Source of the DNA: Eledone cirrhosa
Taxonomy: Eukaryota
DNA length: 64,000 nucleotides
Direction of reading: 5' to 3'
Assembly (NCBI GenBank): GCA_964016885.1
Contig: OZ024752.1
Location: 50,096,001-50,160,000 of the forward strand
Positions 52,021 through 64,000 of the stretch are shown piece after piece (the first letter of the stretch is position 1; each line of letters starts with the position of its first letter). The notes below the pieces were generated by a model. It made no database searches, was not told where the DNA came from, and saw nothing but the letters and a program-made list of their open reading frames with translations. Made by a program: the position numbers and the translations under genes.

Positions 52021-53138
52021 CCAGTTTAGAATAGTTACACCATATCTCATCATGTTGTAACATGATGAGATATGGTGGCACTAGGAAGCCATAAAACATT
52101 GCATCAGAAATGACTCCGTGATGAGTATGACAGCTGTCATTGGGTCCACAACCTTAACCCCTGGGGACATTTTTGTTTACCGTTTTTAATGGTTATATTT
52201 CTTTAACTACTTTTTTTTCAATGTATTGATAATTTCGTAATGTATGACCAGAATTTTAGTAAACATCATTAGTTCCTTGTTTTATATGTTGAGAACAGTC
52301 TTAATACTCTTTGGTACTTAATAGTATCTTGGTTACTTTTAAATTTATGTCATTCTTATTATTATTATTATCATTATTAATGTATTAATTAGGTGTTTGT
52401 TACTGAAAGATCAATCCTTTGAAAAACAGACTAAAGTAGTCTCACTTTCTTGAGGATTTTACTATTATATTATATTATATTATAATTTATTTTATTCTAT
52501 ATTATTTTATTTTTAAAATATTAACACTATCATTAAAAATGATGATAGTATGGATGCATGACTGCACATAGTGTACATTAAAGAGTTTCATATTTCTTTT
52601 TTTTTGTGTGTGTGTGTGGGGGGGGGGGGGGGGTGTTCAAAGAAGAGGGAAATTTAACTAAAGATAGCAGCCATAGCGAAATGGAGCAGTTGAGTTAAGT
52701 GTTGAATGCCATAAATCAAACTGCTTGAGTAAATTTCTTTTAAAAAAAATTAAAAAAATAAAATAGCAAATCATTTCGTGTCACTTTGATCAGATTTTAA
52801 ATTCACACAAAAAGCATTTTTAGACGACAATGGTAACGCCTTTGGTTTTATCTTAAAGATCGGTGGGGTGGGGGAGAGAAAAGATCTTCTTTATCTGTAA
52901 GCTACCACAAATGTTTTTTGACTGTGTGAATAAAGATAAGTCCATCTACTGCAAGCCAAAACTACTACTATAGTTAGTGGAAAGACTAATTGAATGGACT
53001 AAAAAAAAAACAACAAAGGTTTTTGAGAAGAAAAATAAATTCTATTCCAGCGCTGTATTATCTGATGTGGACTTCATCTTAATGACCATAAAATATCATA
53101 CATGTTATCATTTTTATTTATTTTTTATCATTAATATT

Positions 53139-53300
53139 ATTGGCAGTATCGGTAGAGCGTCAGACAACATGCTATGTGGCATATAGTTATAGACATTTAT
53201 GTTCTGAGTTCAAATCCCGCTGAGGTTAACTTTGCCTTTCACCCTTATGGGGTCGATAAAATAAAGTACCAGTAACGCACCGGGCTCGATTTAATTGATT
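53139..53300 (+). mobile_element. SINE family A
   Basis: Family A motifs. The tail is replaced by a minisatellite. Confidence 0.8.
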
Positions 53301-53304
53301 TTCA

Positions 53305-53731
53305 CACATGATACCACCAGTGTGTAACTACGGTATATACTATGGCTTAACAGTCACATGATACCACCAGTGAGTTACTACGACACATACCATGGCTTAA
53401 CAGTCACATGGTAACACCAGTGAGTTACTACGACACATACCATGGCTTAACAGTCACATGGTAACACCAGTGAGTTACTACGACATATACCATGGCTTAA
53501 CAGTCACATGATAACACCAGTGAGTTACTACGACATATACCATGGCTTAACAGTCACATGATAACACCAATGAGTTACTACGACACATACTATGGCTTAA
53601 CAGTCACATGATAACACCAGTGAGTTACTACGACACATACCATGGCTTAACAGTCACATGGTAACACCAGTGAGTTACTACGACACATACCATGGCTTAA
53701 CAGTCACATGATAACACCAATGAGTTACTAC
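53305..53731. repeat. 50-bp minisatellite (~8.5 units)
   Basis: Unit cagtcacatgataacaccagtgagttactacgacacataccatggcttaa. Confidence 0.95.
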
Positions 53732-54561
53732 AATTTATTAACTTCAATTTTTTATTGGAAATGTGGGGGGGGGGGGGGGCATTAGAAAGCAAAACAAAAA
53801 ACCTAAACATAAATGATAACAAAACAAACAACCCCAAAAAATGCCACATGAATATATTTAGTAAACACGATTATCGTCATTCATCTCACTTTGTCAAGAA
53901 ATGACACATAAGGAATATAATGATTAATAGGAAAGCTTTTAGTGATGAAGATAAATTTCCCTTTAGTAAATTCACTTGGAAAAACAGAAAAGACTAAGAA
54001 AATGAAATTCTCTAACATTTCACACTGTGTGTAAAAGATATAAGCATTAACCCTTTAGCATTTAAACCGGCCAAATCCGGCCAGAATTATCTCACCTCTT
54101 TCTGTTCAAACCGGCTGTAACTGGCTGTAACTTGAGGAAGACATTTTATTTCACTTTATTCTTTCTACCTGGAGTTGCGACCAATAGATAGTATTAGCAA
54201 CTGGAAAGACTGATGGAAACATTGTTTCCTCGGTCCGATTTGACAAAAGTCAATCGACTTTCGATATATATATATGTGTGTGTGTGTATATATATGTGCG
54301 TGTGTGTATATAGATATATATATATACATATATATATATCATCATCATATATATATATATATATATATACATATATACATATATATATATATATCATCAT
54401 CATATATATATATATATAAGAATATATATATATATACATATATATCATCATCATCATCATATATATATATGATATATAGATATATATATCTACATATATA
54501 TCATCATCATATATATATATCATCATCATATATATATATATATATGTATCTACATATATAT

Positions 54562-54621
<60 letters not shown>

Positions 54622-55526
54622 CTACATATATATCATCATCATATATATATATGCACATATATATATATACACACACATTTAAGTGTTATGCTGCATTTAA
54701 TATGCAGCAATATATTCAGAGAATATATTCATATTCTTGTGAGTTGCTTTATTAGGGAACATGTACACATGATCCCTTTGCATATAGTTATTTAAACAGA
54801 TTTATTTCACTGGCAAATTGATATGAAAGCTGGAAAATGTAAGTTCAGCTTGTAGCAGGTCATAGGGTTGTGCACTTAGATGCAAATCATGTTTGTTCAG
54901 CTGGAATCTTTCCATCATCATGTCACTGTTGACATCAGCCATTATTGTTGCCTGTGGCTGAGATTAATTTTAAATAGCTGTTTGTCAGTTAATATTTTTA
55001 GGCATTTTCTTCACCGGTTGCAATAACTATGATAACATTAAATTGTTATATTATATTATGATCTATAGATTTACAAGTAGGTGCATGTCATAAGAGCTAA
55101 ACATTCATCTACATGCATGCATGCCTTTATATGAATGCAGTACAGCTATTTACGTAATCTGAGGCTTATCTGAGGTTTCCATGATAAGAGGGATCAATGA
55201 AAGGAACCAAACAGGGTGCAGAGACCCCTTACAGTTAGTTATAGTCTAGGTTTGCAAAAGATTAGCCTAAAAACTCTTTGTGCCAATAAGAAATTGCCTC
55301 ATGATTCTGGAAATTTCCTTCTGGATTACAGCTTTAAAGATATTTGAGAGATTTCATAAGCCAAGTAAAGACTCACTGATTAAACCAAAATTAATCATAT
55401 AAGAGTTACTTAAAGATAGAACAAAAAAATCGGTCAGGCTGAAATATATTTACCGATTTTAAATTTTTTCACATTTTACTTTTGATAAGATTAAATCATA
55501 AATGTCTCCCTACTGTAAAATTGTTT

Positions 55527-56308
55527 TTAACACTGTAGCATTTAAACCATCCATATCTGGCCAGAATTCTCTCACCTCCTTTTGTTCAAACCAGTTCTAA
55601 CTGGCTGCTTATACTAATGTTAAGATATTGTTCTCAAAATAGATAATATCAAAATCTTGTAGATTTGATATCATGTGAGATAATTATCTAAGATCAAGTG
55701 TTTACCATGAAAATACAATAGTATCATCATCATCGTTTAACGTCCATCTTCCATGCTAGTATGGGTTAGACGGTATATAGAGTAATGTAAATGCTAAAGA
55801 GGTAAACTGGCTGTATCCGGCCAGAATTCTCTCACCTCTTTCTATTCAAACCAGCCATAACTGGCTGCTCAATTGATGTTACTATGAAAATACAATAGAA
55901 TATATGTGTGACAGCTCCCACCTATGCAGGTTTAGCTGGCCTCCTCCAAGGTATATCTCATTGGAGGTGTCTTAGGTGATTTAATGATAGGGACCCCAGT
56001 CCTATCATCTCATTTCTACAGCTGAGTAAACTGGAGCAACGTGAAATAAAGTGTCTTGTTCAAGGAAACAATACATCACCCAGTCCAAGAATTGAACTCA
56101 CAACCTTTTGATTGCAAGCCCAATGTTCTAACCACTAAGCCATGCGCCTTCACATAATAGTATATATACAGTAATGTATATGCTAGCTGTATCTGGCAAG
56201 AATTCTGTCACTTCTTTCTGTTCAAACCAGCCAAAAATGGCTGCTCAACTGATGTTACTATGAAAATACAACAGTATATATAGAGTAATGTAAATGTTAA
56301 AGGGTTAA
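55527..56308 (+). mobile_element. Tandem MITE family 1 units interrupted by an RTE tail fragment and a SINE-B
   Basis: gg.cagaattct.tcac.tc recurs three times. Ends taaatgttaaagggttaa. Confidence 0.72.
55905..56152 (-). mobile_element. SINE family B, (CA)-tail variant
   Basis: Reverse complement matches 29052-29260. Confidence 0.85.
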
Positions 56309-56799
56309 GAAAAATCTTTGCCATTTCCTAAAAATGTATTTATAGTAAATACAAGTTATAAACTTATAAATTACCATCTCTGTCAATAAATCTTGACATG
56401 TTTTTTAACAAGAGTTATATTTGGAATCTTACAGAAATACAAAATAAAAACAAGCCAATAAATGGAAAAGAAATGTTATGTAAATTCTAGATAACTTATT
56501 TTTCACAGCTAACCTAAAATTGTTGGTTATTTTTTAGGGTTTTTATAATTTTACATTTTACCATTTCCTTTTTTTTTTACTGTTATTGTTTTGTTGTTTA
56601 GACTTTGAAATGATTTCATTAATATCATTAATATTATTATTATTATTATTAGGTTAACTTTGCCTTTCATCCTTCCAGGGTCGATAAAATAAAGTACCAG
56701 TAATGCACTAGGTAATTGCTGGCCCTGTGCCAAAAGTAGAAACAATTATTATTATTATTATTATTATTATTGTTGTTGTTGTTGTTGTTGTTGTTCTTG

Positions 56800-56962
56800 T
56801 TGATGTTTTATTTTATTTCTATATTTTTTTTATTGTTAAATTTGTTTTTTGTTGTTGTGTATTTTCACTCAATTTTATTGTAAACCCACCACCACCACCC
56901 CCGCTGTCCCTGTCTTTGTATTGTCCCCTACATGTCGGCCCTTCTGGCCAATAAATGAAATC
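56800..56962 (+). mobile_element. 5'-truncated 3' end of a Tx1-related LINE
   Basis: gtctttgtattgtcccctacatgtcggcccttctggccaataaatgaaatc followed by ATT repeats. Matches 7521-7641. Confidence 0.72.
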
Positions 56963-57263
56963 ATTACTATTATCATTATTATTATTATTATTATTATGTA
57001 TTTATCATTTCTATCTATTTATTTATTTATTTATTTAATTTTAAACATCTGAAATGATTTCATAAATATTATTATTACTATTATTACTATTATTATTATT
57101 ATTATTATTACTACTACTACTACTACTACTATTACTACTATTACTACTGTTATTGTATTTATCATTTCTATTTATTTATTTATTTAATTTTAAACATCTG
57201 AAATGATTTCATAAATATTATTATTACTATTATTACTATTATTATTATTATTATTATTATTAT

Positions 57264-57309
<46 letters not shown>

Positions 57310-57460
57310 GTTATTGTTGTTATCATTTTTATTATTATCCTTATTTATTTATTTATCTATTTTTAAATATTTTCCTACCAAATTTCAAGCCAGCTTTCTT
57401 TCCTAGCAATCCTTAAGAAATTTACAGTTTTTGAAATTTTAATATTCCTGTGTTGTTTAC

Positions 57461-57501
57461 CACATCAGGTGAAGCAGCTGCTCTAGTTTTTCACGTATAA
57501 T
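57461..57501 (-). CDS. Candidate 41-nt exon (IIREKLEQLLHLM)
   Basis: Acceptor cttcctattttag, donor GTG|GTAAAC. Only the phase-0 frame is open. Confidence 0.45.
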
Positions 57502-59545
57502 CTAAAATAGGAAGATCTCCTTTATTATATTGTCAGGCAATGTCTTCACAAAAGTTCCAGCATGGTTTATATATAGCAGCAATATGAGAGAGGAAGGGGA
57601 GGGGAGATAGAGGGGGGGGGTGACAGAGAGAGAGAGAGACAGACAGAGAGAGGGGGACAGAGAGAGAGAGTGAGTGAACAAGAAAGAGAATGACAAAGAG
57701 AGAGAGACACATAGATAGACAGACAAGGACAGATAGAGAGAGAATGAGTGAGCAAGAAAGAGAGAGAGAGAGAGAGAGAGAGAAATGGATAGACAGAAGA
57801 GGAGTTGTATGTTACTAGTTTCTTCTTGATTGATTTATAAGTGGAACTAAGATATAGACTAAATGAAAAGTAAATTAGAAGAGGGAGGGAGGTGGTGGTG
57901 GAGGGAGGTAATGGTGGATGGGGGTGGGGAAGGAAGTGATGGTGGATGGAGGTGGTGGTGGAGGGAGGTGGTGGAGGAAGGAGGTGGTGGTGGTGGAGGA
58001 ATGTAATGGTGGAAGTATGTAAGAAGAATGATAGGACAAATATCCTAAAATCTTGTTCAATAACAATGATAAAAAACTTTATATTTGACAAAAGCAAAAG
58101 AAAAAAAATTCGATAAACCATTTCTATAATGTTGACGTAAATATCTTAAAATCCTCCTCTTTTGGTGCTATTTTCTGGAAGTTTATTTTATTTCATTGTT
58201 ATACTTGGGGAGGTCATATTGTTGTAATAATATTGCCAGAAATAATAACAGAACACACTCACTGTTTGGTTGGTTTTTGCTTCTGCATCTTTTATATCTC
58301 CATAGTTAATTTATTTGGCAATCAATGTTTATCACGGTAAAAACCTCCCAGTCCACACTGTAAATGTGGTTGGTGTTAGGAAGGGCATCCAGCCGTAGAA
58401 AACCTGCCAGACAGTCCTGTATGAGCGAGACACGGTCACCCAACCAATCTTGCCTCAAGTGGGACAATTCCCATCTAAACCCATGCTAATGTGGAAGATA
58501 GACGTTAAATGATGATGATGATGATGATGATGATGACTAATGGTTAAATATACAGATATAAATATATATATATATATAGTCTATCAAAGTTCTTTCATTG
58601 CATATCTGCATTTTATTTTATATTCCTCCAAATTCTTGATTATTTTTGAAATTATTTTTAACAATCACAGTGTTTCAGAATGTTTTGTTGGTTTTTTTTT
58701 TTAGAAATATGGCCAGGAAAGGATTAATTAAATAACTATAATAATTTTTAACAGATACTAATTAAAAACAAAAAAGGTTTTTGTTAGAAATATAAAACAA
58801 TTCTCTAGTATTTTTGTAAAAACTTTGAAATATTTCCATTGAAACCAATACAATAACACAAACCCTAAAGAATTGATAGAAATCATTTGAAACAATTGTA
58901 AAAATACCAAAACATTGTTCTAAATCTATTTGCATTATTTATTTCCATAGTGTCAATATTTCAAAGTATAATTATTGATTCCTTTATCATTACTGTATCA
59001 AAACTAAATTCTTTGGTGACAAGACACATTGCTAGTGAAACATTTAGGTCAGATCTTGAGGATTGATTAGGAAGGAAGAACACATATTGGAACAATCAAC
59101 TAACCAACAATATTATTGTTAGAGACAGGATGAAAGATTGGTATTATGATATGAACCAGAAATCTTGGGGGTTACTAACAGGTTAACCCTTTCATTACTA
59201 TAATTTTACTGAAAGACACTGCCTATGGGAGGGTTCTGGTGACAGGAGGTGGGTTTGAATTCAGAATGTACAAAACTAAAACAGTTACCACAAAACAACC
59301 AGTCTAATTCTTCAACAATTTCACCCACAAAAAAAATCAGTCTAATTCTTAACAATTTCACCCAATCCATCCCCTGTTCCCTGAACTGGTATTTTCTTTA
59401 TTGATACTGAAAAGATGAAAGTAAAGTTTCCCTTGTTGAGATTTGAACCTAGATCTTCAAGAACCAGAACACACAATAAAGCATTTAATCTGATGCTCTA
59501 AAGCCTCTCATATTTATACCAATGCAAATAGTAAATCTAACTTAC

Positions 59546-59577
59546 CTCATCGTTTGAAGCTCCATTTGGGGGAAGTT
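59546..59577 (-). CDS. Candidate 32-nt exon (LPPNGASNDE)
   Basis: Acceptor gtttttaattgcag, donor GAG|GTAAGT. The phase-0 end joins the 57461-57501 candidate in frame. Confidence 0.5.
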
Positions 59578-59684
59578 CTGCAATTAAAAACAACTTTTTG
59601 AATTCTTTACAATTATATTATAATATCACATACTAATATATATATAGACTACATAAAATCACGTAAAATCATATCATATCATCA

Positions 59685-60071
59685 TTCATCATTTCATTTT
59701 ACATCCACTTTTCCCTGCTTGCAAGGGTGGGACAGGAACTGATTCTGGCTTGATTTCTACAGCTGGATACCCTTCCTAACACCAACCTCATTTACAGTGA
59801 GTGCTGGGTGCTTCTTTTTTCCATGGTGCCTACACGTCCACTTTATAGTGTGGGCTGGGTGCTTTTTTGCCATGACACCTCCACGACCACTTTGCAGTGG
59901 AATGATAGGGACCGCAGTCCCTATCATCTCATTTCTACAGATGAATAAACTGGAGCAATGTGAAATAAAGTGTTTTGCTCAAGGAAATAACACATCACCC
60001 GGTCTGAGAATTGAACTCACAACCTTTCGATTGCAAGGCCAATGCTCTAACCACTAAGCCATGTGCCTTCA
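59685..60071 (-). mobile_element. SINE family B with an RTE-related tail (complete copy)
   Basis: Head, core and hairpin, then ~165 bp matching 12742-12902, then cccacccttgcaagcagggaaaag...gatgtaaaatg. Confidence 0.88.
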
Positions 60072-60322
60072 TATATCAGTATAAATGCAGTAAAACACAC
60101 TGTCTGGTGTTGATAAAGAAAAATCTGGAATGGTTATGGCTAAATTATCTCACATAATACCTTAACATTGGTATGAGTGGCCAGTTATGGCTGGTTTGAA
60201 CAGAAAGAAGTGAGAGGATTCTAGCCAGATATGGCTGGTTTAAATGCTAAAGGGTTAATATAAGTATGAACACTTTAAAATAAACAGTTCTATGATAGAG
60301 AACCAGGAAGTTGCAAACTAGT

Positions 60323-61280
60323 AACCCTTTTATTAGAAATATTTCTAATAATATGTTATCTATGATTTTCAATTAATTTTGAAATCAATGAAAAATCTGA
60401 AGGAATTTAGTAATATAACTACCTAATTATTAAAATGATGTTTGGAACATAACTTAACACAAGTTCTTACATATTTTATAATGGTAAGTTTGAATTTAAA
60501 TATGAAAGTTTAAAAACAAATGCGCTTTTTATCATAAAACATGGGGAGATGTTACATGGTTAGTATTTAAAACAGTTGAGTTTGAAATTGCTTGACGGTT
60601 TATTTTCACTTTCCATTGACATTTCTACTAGTCTCATCAAGGTGAGAGTTAATCCAATTATTGTAAAAGTTTGCTCATATTATTTCTTATCGATACTGCA
60701 TAAGCCTTCATTGTTACAATGCAGAACCAGAAATATATAGATGATAACAGAATGATTAAAACAAACAAACATTCCCATGGTGTCTTAAATAAAAAATATA
60801 ATGAATTGCTTTCACCTTTTTGTTACTATATTTCTAATGAGAGACACTGCCTGTGATTTTAAAATAATTTTGAAAATAATCAACAATTTGGAGGGATTTA
60901 GTAATATAACAACTTTCTCATTAAGGTGGTGTTTGGAACATAATTTAACAAAGATTCTTATGGAAAATTAAAATGGAAAATTTTTACATAAATATAAAAA
61001 TGTTAACCCATTTATTACCATATTTTCTCATGAGAGACACTGTCTATGACTTAATAATCATTTTGAAAATAATCAAGAATTTGAAGGGATTTAGTAAAAT
61101 TACTAACTTTCTCATTATTAAGGTGGTGTTTGGAACATAACATAACAAAGGTTCTTATGTAAAATAATGTTGGAAGGTTTTTAGATAAATATAAACACTT
61201 TAAAACAAAGCGTTTTGCATTATAGAAGCAGGTGGTGGTGGTAATGGGAGGGGGTTACACAGTTTGATATCAAAATGATA
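60323..61280 (+). mobile_element. Three diverged tandem copies of MITE family 2
   Basis: ttaaccc.tttattaccatattt start and gtgtttggaacataa.ttaac.aaag.ttctta body recur three times. Confidence 0.65.
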
Positions 61281-61529
61281 AATATGAGATTAAAAATAAC
61301 AAATTGACTGGACTTTTGGTATTCCAAAAGAGAACCTTTACATGGTTCCTTGATCTGCTAGAAATAGTATCTATATCACCCATTTCATTGTACCATTGTA
61401 GAAATAAATTAAGGAGGGCTCTGAATAAAAAAGACCTGAAGTGATGTCACAGTTAGAACAATAAATTTAATCTTGACAAAAACAATATGGGGTAGAGTAT
61501 TGCAGCAGAGAACAGCCAGCAGTACTCAC

Positions 61530-61597
61530 TGCATCAGCCATTCTACCTCACAGGAGTCCTTTCTCAAGCATGATGCCATCATTGATCCCAATAGCAA
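61530..61597 (-). other. Candidate 68-nt exon (frame uncertain, possibly UTR)
   Basis: Acceptor gccttttcatgccag, donor GCA|GTGAGT. Confidence 0.35.
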
Positions 61598-61799
61598 CTG
61601 GCATGAAAAGGCACAAAGTAAACTGTCTTTGTGTTGTTTTTACAAGGAAATGTAGCCAATGTTTTCATCGGAATAAAAGACCAAATAGTAAGAAATACAG
61701 TAAAAAAAAAATGATAAGTATTTTTTAGAAATATTATTCAAGTTGAGGGCATTGTTTATTTATGTGAGTGTTTTTTTAAAAGGGTGAAATACTACATAC

Positions 61800-61840
61800 A
61801 GCTTGAAGCAGATACAATTTCAAAAGATAGCAGATTTTCT
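61800..61840 (-). other. Candidate 41-nt exon (two frames open)
   Basis: Acceptor gttttatcag, donor GCT|GTATGT. Confidence 0.3.
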
Positions 61841-63391
61841 CTGATAAAACATGATATGAATGATCAAAAGAAGTACATATTTTTCATGGAAGGTTACTGT
61901 TTGTTAGAACAGAACCAACCAAGCATGTTGTTTTCGTGACTGACAGAAGGAAAACGAATTTGGTTATGAAGTAGTCAGTAAGGTGGAAAAAGTGAAGAGA
62001 GAAAGGAAAGAGAGAGAGAGAGATAGTTAAATACAGAAAGAGACAGTTACAGTTGTATAAAGAGATAGATAGTTGTATAAGAGAAAGAGAGAGGAGGAGA
62101 GATGAAAATAGAGAACAAAACAGCAACAAAAAAAAGAGTAAAAAGACAAGATAAACAGTAGGAAGTCTGACAAAGACTAAGTTCATACTTATTACACACA
62201 ATAAACAGTGAAATTTAGATGGAAATGTTAACTGATACTGACAAAACATAATACAAATGAAGTTCATAAATATGAACATGGAAGAAGAAAAAAATATTTT
62301 ATACAGAAAATTGTTATTTAGATTGAATTTGCTGTTGTCTTTGTATTAAGAGTTTTAAAAAACAGAAACAAAGTGCCGTTGGTCAGCAAACTGCTAACAA
62401 AAATTGAGAAATATATGTATTATGCTTGGTTGAAAATAAAGAAAAGGAAGTGACAGTGAGAAATAATAAACATGATAGTCTGAAAATGATTGAAATAACA
62501 ACACAATACAAAAGAAATAATGTTCCAGTTTAAAATGAAATCAATATATAATAACTGAAACAACCAAGTTTTCGAACAATAGAGTTTAGCCATTGTAAAA
62601 TAAATATATGAAGGTGTGCAGTCTAGTGGTTAGAGCATTGCGCTTACAATCATAAAGTGGTAGAGGTTGATTCCTTGACCAGGAAGTGCTATGTCCTTAA
62701 GCAAGACATTTCATTTCATTTTATGTTGTTCCAGTAATAGGCTGGTGAAGTGGAAATCATTACACTGTCACATTAAATACCTTGTGGTATTTGTTCTAGC
62801 CCCCTATGCTATAAGTTTAAATCTTGCGTTACAGTATTTGTTCTGGTTCTGTGCATTCTGTGTTCAAATCACACCTCATGTCTCCAGAAAAAATGGTGAC
62901 ACCTTGTAAATTTATTGTGTCATCATATGATTTTAAGTAGTTGGGTTTAATTTGATTTGATTTAAATAGTCAAATATTAGCGATCCTAGACTGGTATGTT
63001 ATACATCAATGAAACACATGTCAGAGTTATGTTATAAATGTTATTCCCACTCTTCTCGATTGTGATGTTTTAAATAATAATTTTGTAAATTTTATATAAT
63101 ATACATATATATATAATCAACTACCAAATCAACTTTTTAAATGGAAGTTGAAGTTGTAAGGTATGTCAAATCTATCTATTTATAAGACTGTTTATATTGT
63201 ATTTTGTCTGAAGAAGGCATACCATATTTTTAATATGATATCCCTGAAATATATATAATGAAATAAATATGGTTTTATAAATATAGTTTCCATTTATTTA
63301 ATATCGTAAATATACTCCAAATACTTGTTGAGTGCTTTTATATCAGTTATAAATATTTACTCGTTGTAACCCAACAATTTAAATAAAACTT

Positions 63392-63394
<3 letters not shown>

Positions 63395-63434
<40 letters not shown>

Positions 63435-63436
63435 GT

Positions 63437-63469
<33 letters not shown>

Positions 63470-63476
63470 CATATGT

Positions 63477-63542
<66 letters not shown>

Positions 63543-63544
63543 GT

Positions 63545-63578
<34 letters not shown>

Positions 63579-63588
63579 ATACATATGT

Positions 63589-63652
<64 letters not shown>

Positions 63653-63654
63653 GT

Positions 63655-63716
<62 letters not shown>

Positions 63717-63717
63717 G

Positions 63718-63776
<59 letters not shown>

Positions 63777-63781
63777 ATATG

Positions 63782-63832
<51 letters not shown>
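63395..63832. repeat. (TA)n with a recurring tacatatgtatatatatgtatatgta block
   Basis: Direct reading. Confidence 0.95.
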
Positions 63833-63835
<3 letters not shown>

Positions 63836-64000
63836 TAAAAGGAAAAGAAAATGCTGACAAATTTTTCCCAGTGAAAAATAGTTTAATTAGGAATCAGTAA
63901 AAATTAGTAATAAGTATTGGTTAGTATTCAGTTTTAAGTTTTTACCGGTTGCGCATTTCTAATGCTTTTCAAAAATAATTTTGAGATAGAGCGCCCGTGA

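Overview
AT-rich, microsatellite-dense animal genomic DNA. The repeat landscape looks cephalopod/octopod-like, but that is inference and was not verified. Only two long ORF sets are real, and both belong to retrotransposons. The first is an apparently full-length, intact two-ORF Tx1-type LINE (~14-6042) sitting in (ATT)n. The second is a 5'-truncated RTE LINE (11366-13018) inserted in a (TATTA)n array, with a C4HC3 PHD-type finger embedded inside its RT region. The rest of the window holds two tRNA-headed SINE families (one with exchangeable tails), TTAA-flanked piggyBac-like MITEs that have seeded minisatellites, several minisatellite arrays (72, 108, ~58, 22, 44 and 50 bp units), hairpins next to (TA)n, and a few low-confidence small exons of minus-strand host gene(s). 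Most short ORFs in the supplied track are microsatellite artefacts. There is no CRISPR array, rRNA gene or true tRNA gene.
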